Assembly: GCA_951406725.2 (NCBI GenBank)
Contig: OX597830.1
Span: forward strand, 42,656,001 to 42,720,000
Direction: 5' to 3'
DNA length: 64,000 nt
Origin: Octopus vulgaris
Taxonomy: Eukaryota
The notes under the pieces were generated by a model. It had not been told where the DNA came from. It searched no databases and worked only from the letters and a program-made list of their open reading frames with translations. Within the stretch, counting starts at the first letter, position 1. The number at the start of each line of letters is the position of its first letter. A program made the position numbers and the translations under genes. Positions 63,522 to 64,000 of this stretch are shown one piece after another.

Positions 63522-64000
63522 AATATTTAAGTATAAATATATAGATATTTATATTAATAGACCAAACTTACACAGAGAATAAATGTCAGAGAAAATTGAA
63601 GGGGAAGAAGTAAAGTGTTATAAGATCTGTTGGCGGGCTCAGGGATCCATCATAATGTTGGTAGATGTAAGTTCATCAAAATATGAAGCCAATAATAGAA
63701 GCAAATAAACTTTGGATAAATTGAGCCTCCATCATCAGGGTAGAAATCTTATATTTCAGATCATGATACAGAGAAGTTTAAAGGTGGAATATTCCATGTT
63801 GCATATGATCTTCTTCTAAGTTTCCTTCTGCCAATGAGTTTGAAATAATTACATAATATATTCTGTGTGTGTATATATATATATATATATATACATATAG
63901 CTACACACACACACACACACACATATAGAATGTACATATATATTGACTCAGTCCATGTTTAACTTATATAATATCATCATCATCATCGTTTAACGTCCGC

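Overview
AT-rich, repeat-dense eukaryotic genomic DNA. The SINE and RTE-tail families and the long (AT)n/(CA)n microsatellites point to an octopus genome (inference from repeat appearance, not a database match). Two spliced genes are well supported and are transcribed away from each other. One is a SKICH-domain TAX1BP1/CALCOCO-family autophagy receptor on the minus strand (coding exons 3757-3469 and 1096-870; no further exon was identified, so it probably continues beyond the window start). The other is NAD-dependent glycerol-3-phosphate dehydrogenase GPD1 on the plus strand (exons 38550-38590, 59709-59889, 62078-62218; intron 1 is about 21.1 kb; the gene continues past the window end). The rest is mostly transposon debris: tRNA-derived SINEs, RTE, CR1 and R4/Dong LINE remnants, Tc1/mariner, hAT, piggyBac-like MITEs, Helitrons, a solo LTR, foldback elements and Penelope-like remnants. 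Most notable: (1) an in-frame 72-aa extension upstream of the canonical GPD1 start that resembles a mitochondrial presequence; (2) several hammerhead-ribozyme-like cores, some inside foldbacks and some sense to the TAX1BP1-like pre-mRNA; (3) several long hairpins, including one inverted repeat whose left arm was split by a mariner and a solo LTR; (4) a candidate orphan terminal exon with a PPxY motif. Almost all other listed ORFs are repeat or microsatellite artefacts. All coordinates were read by eye.
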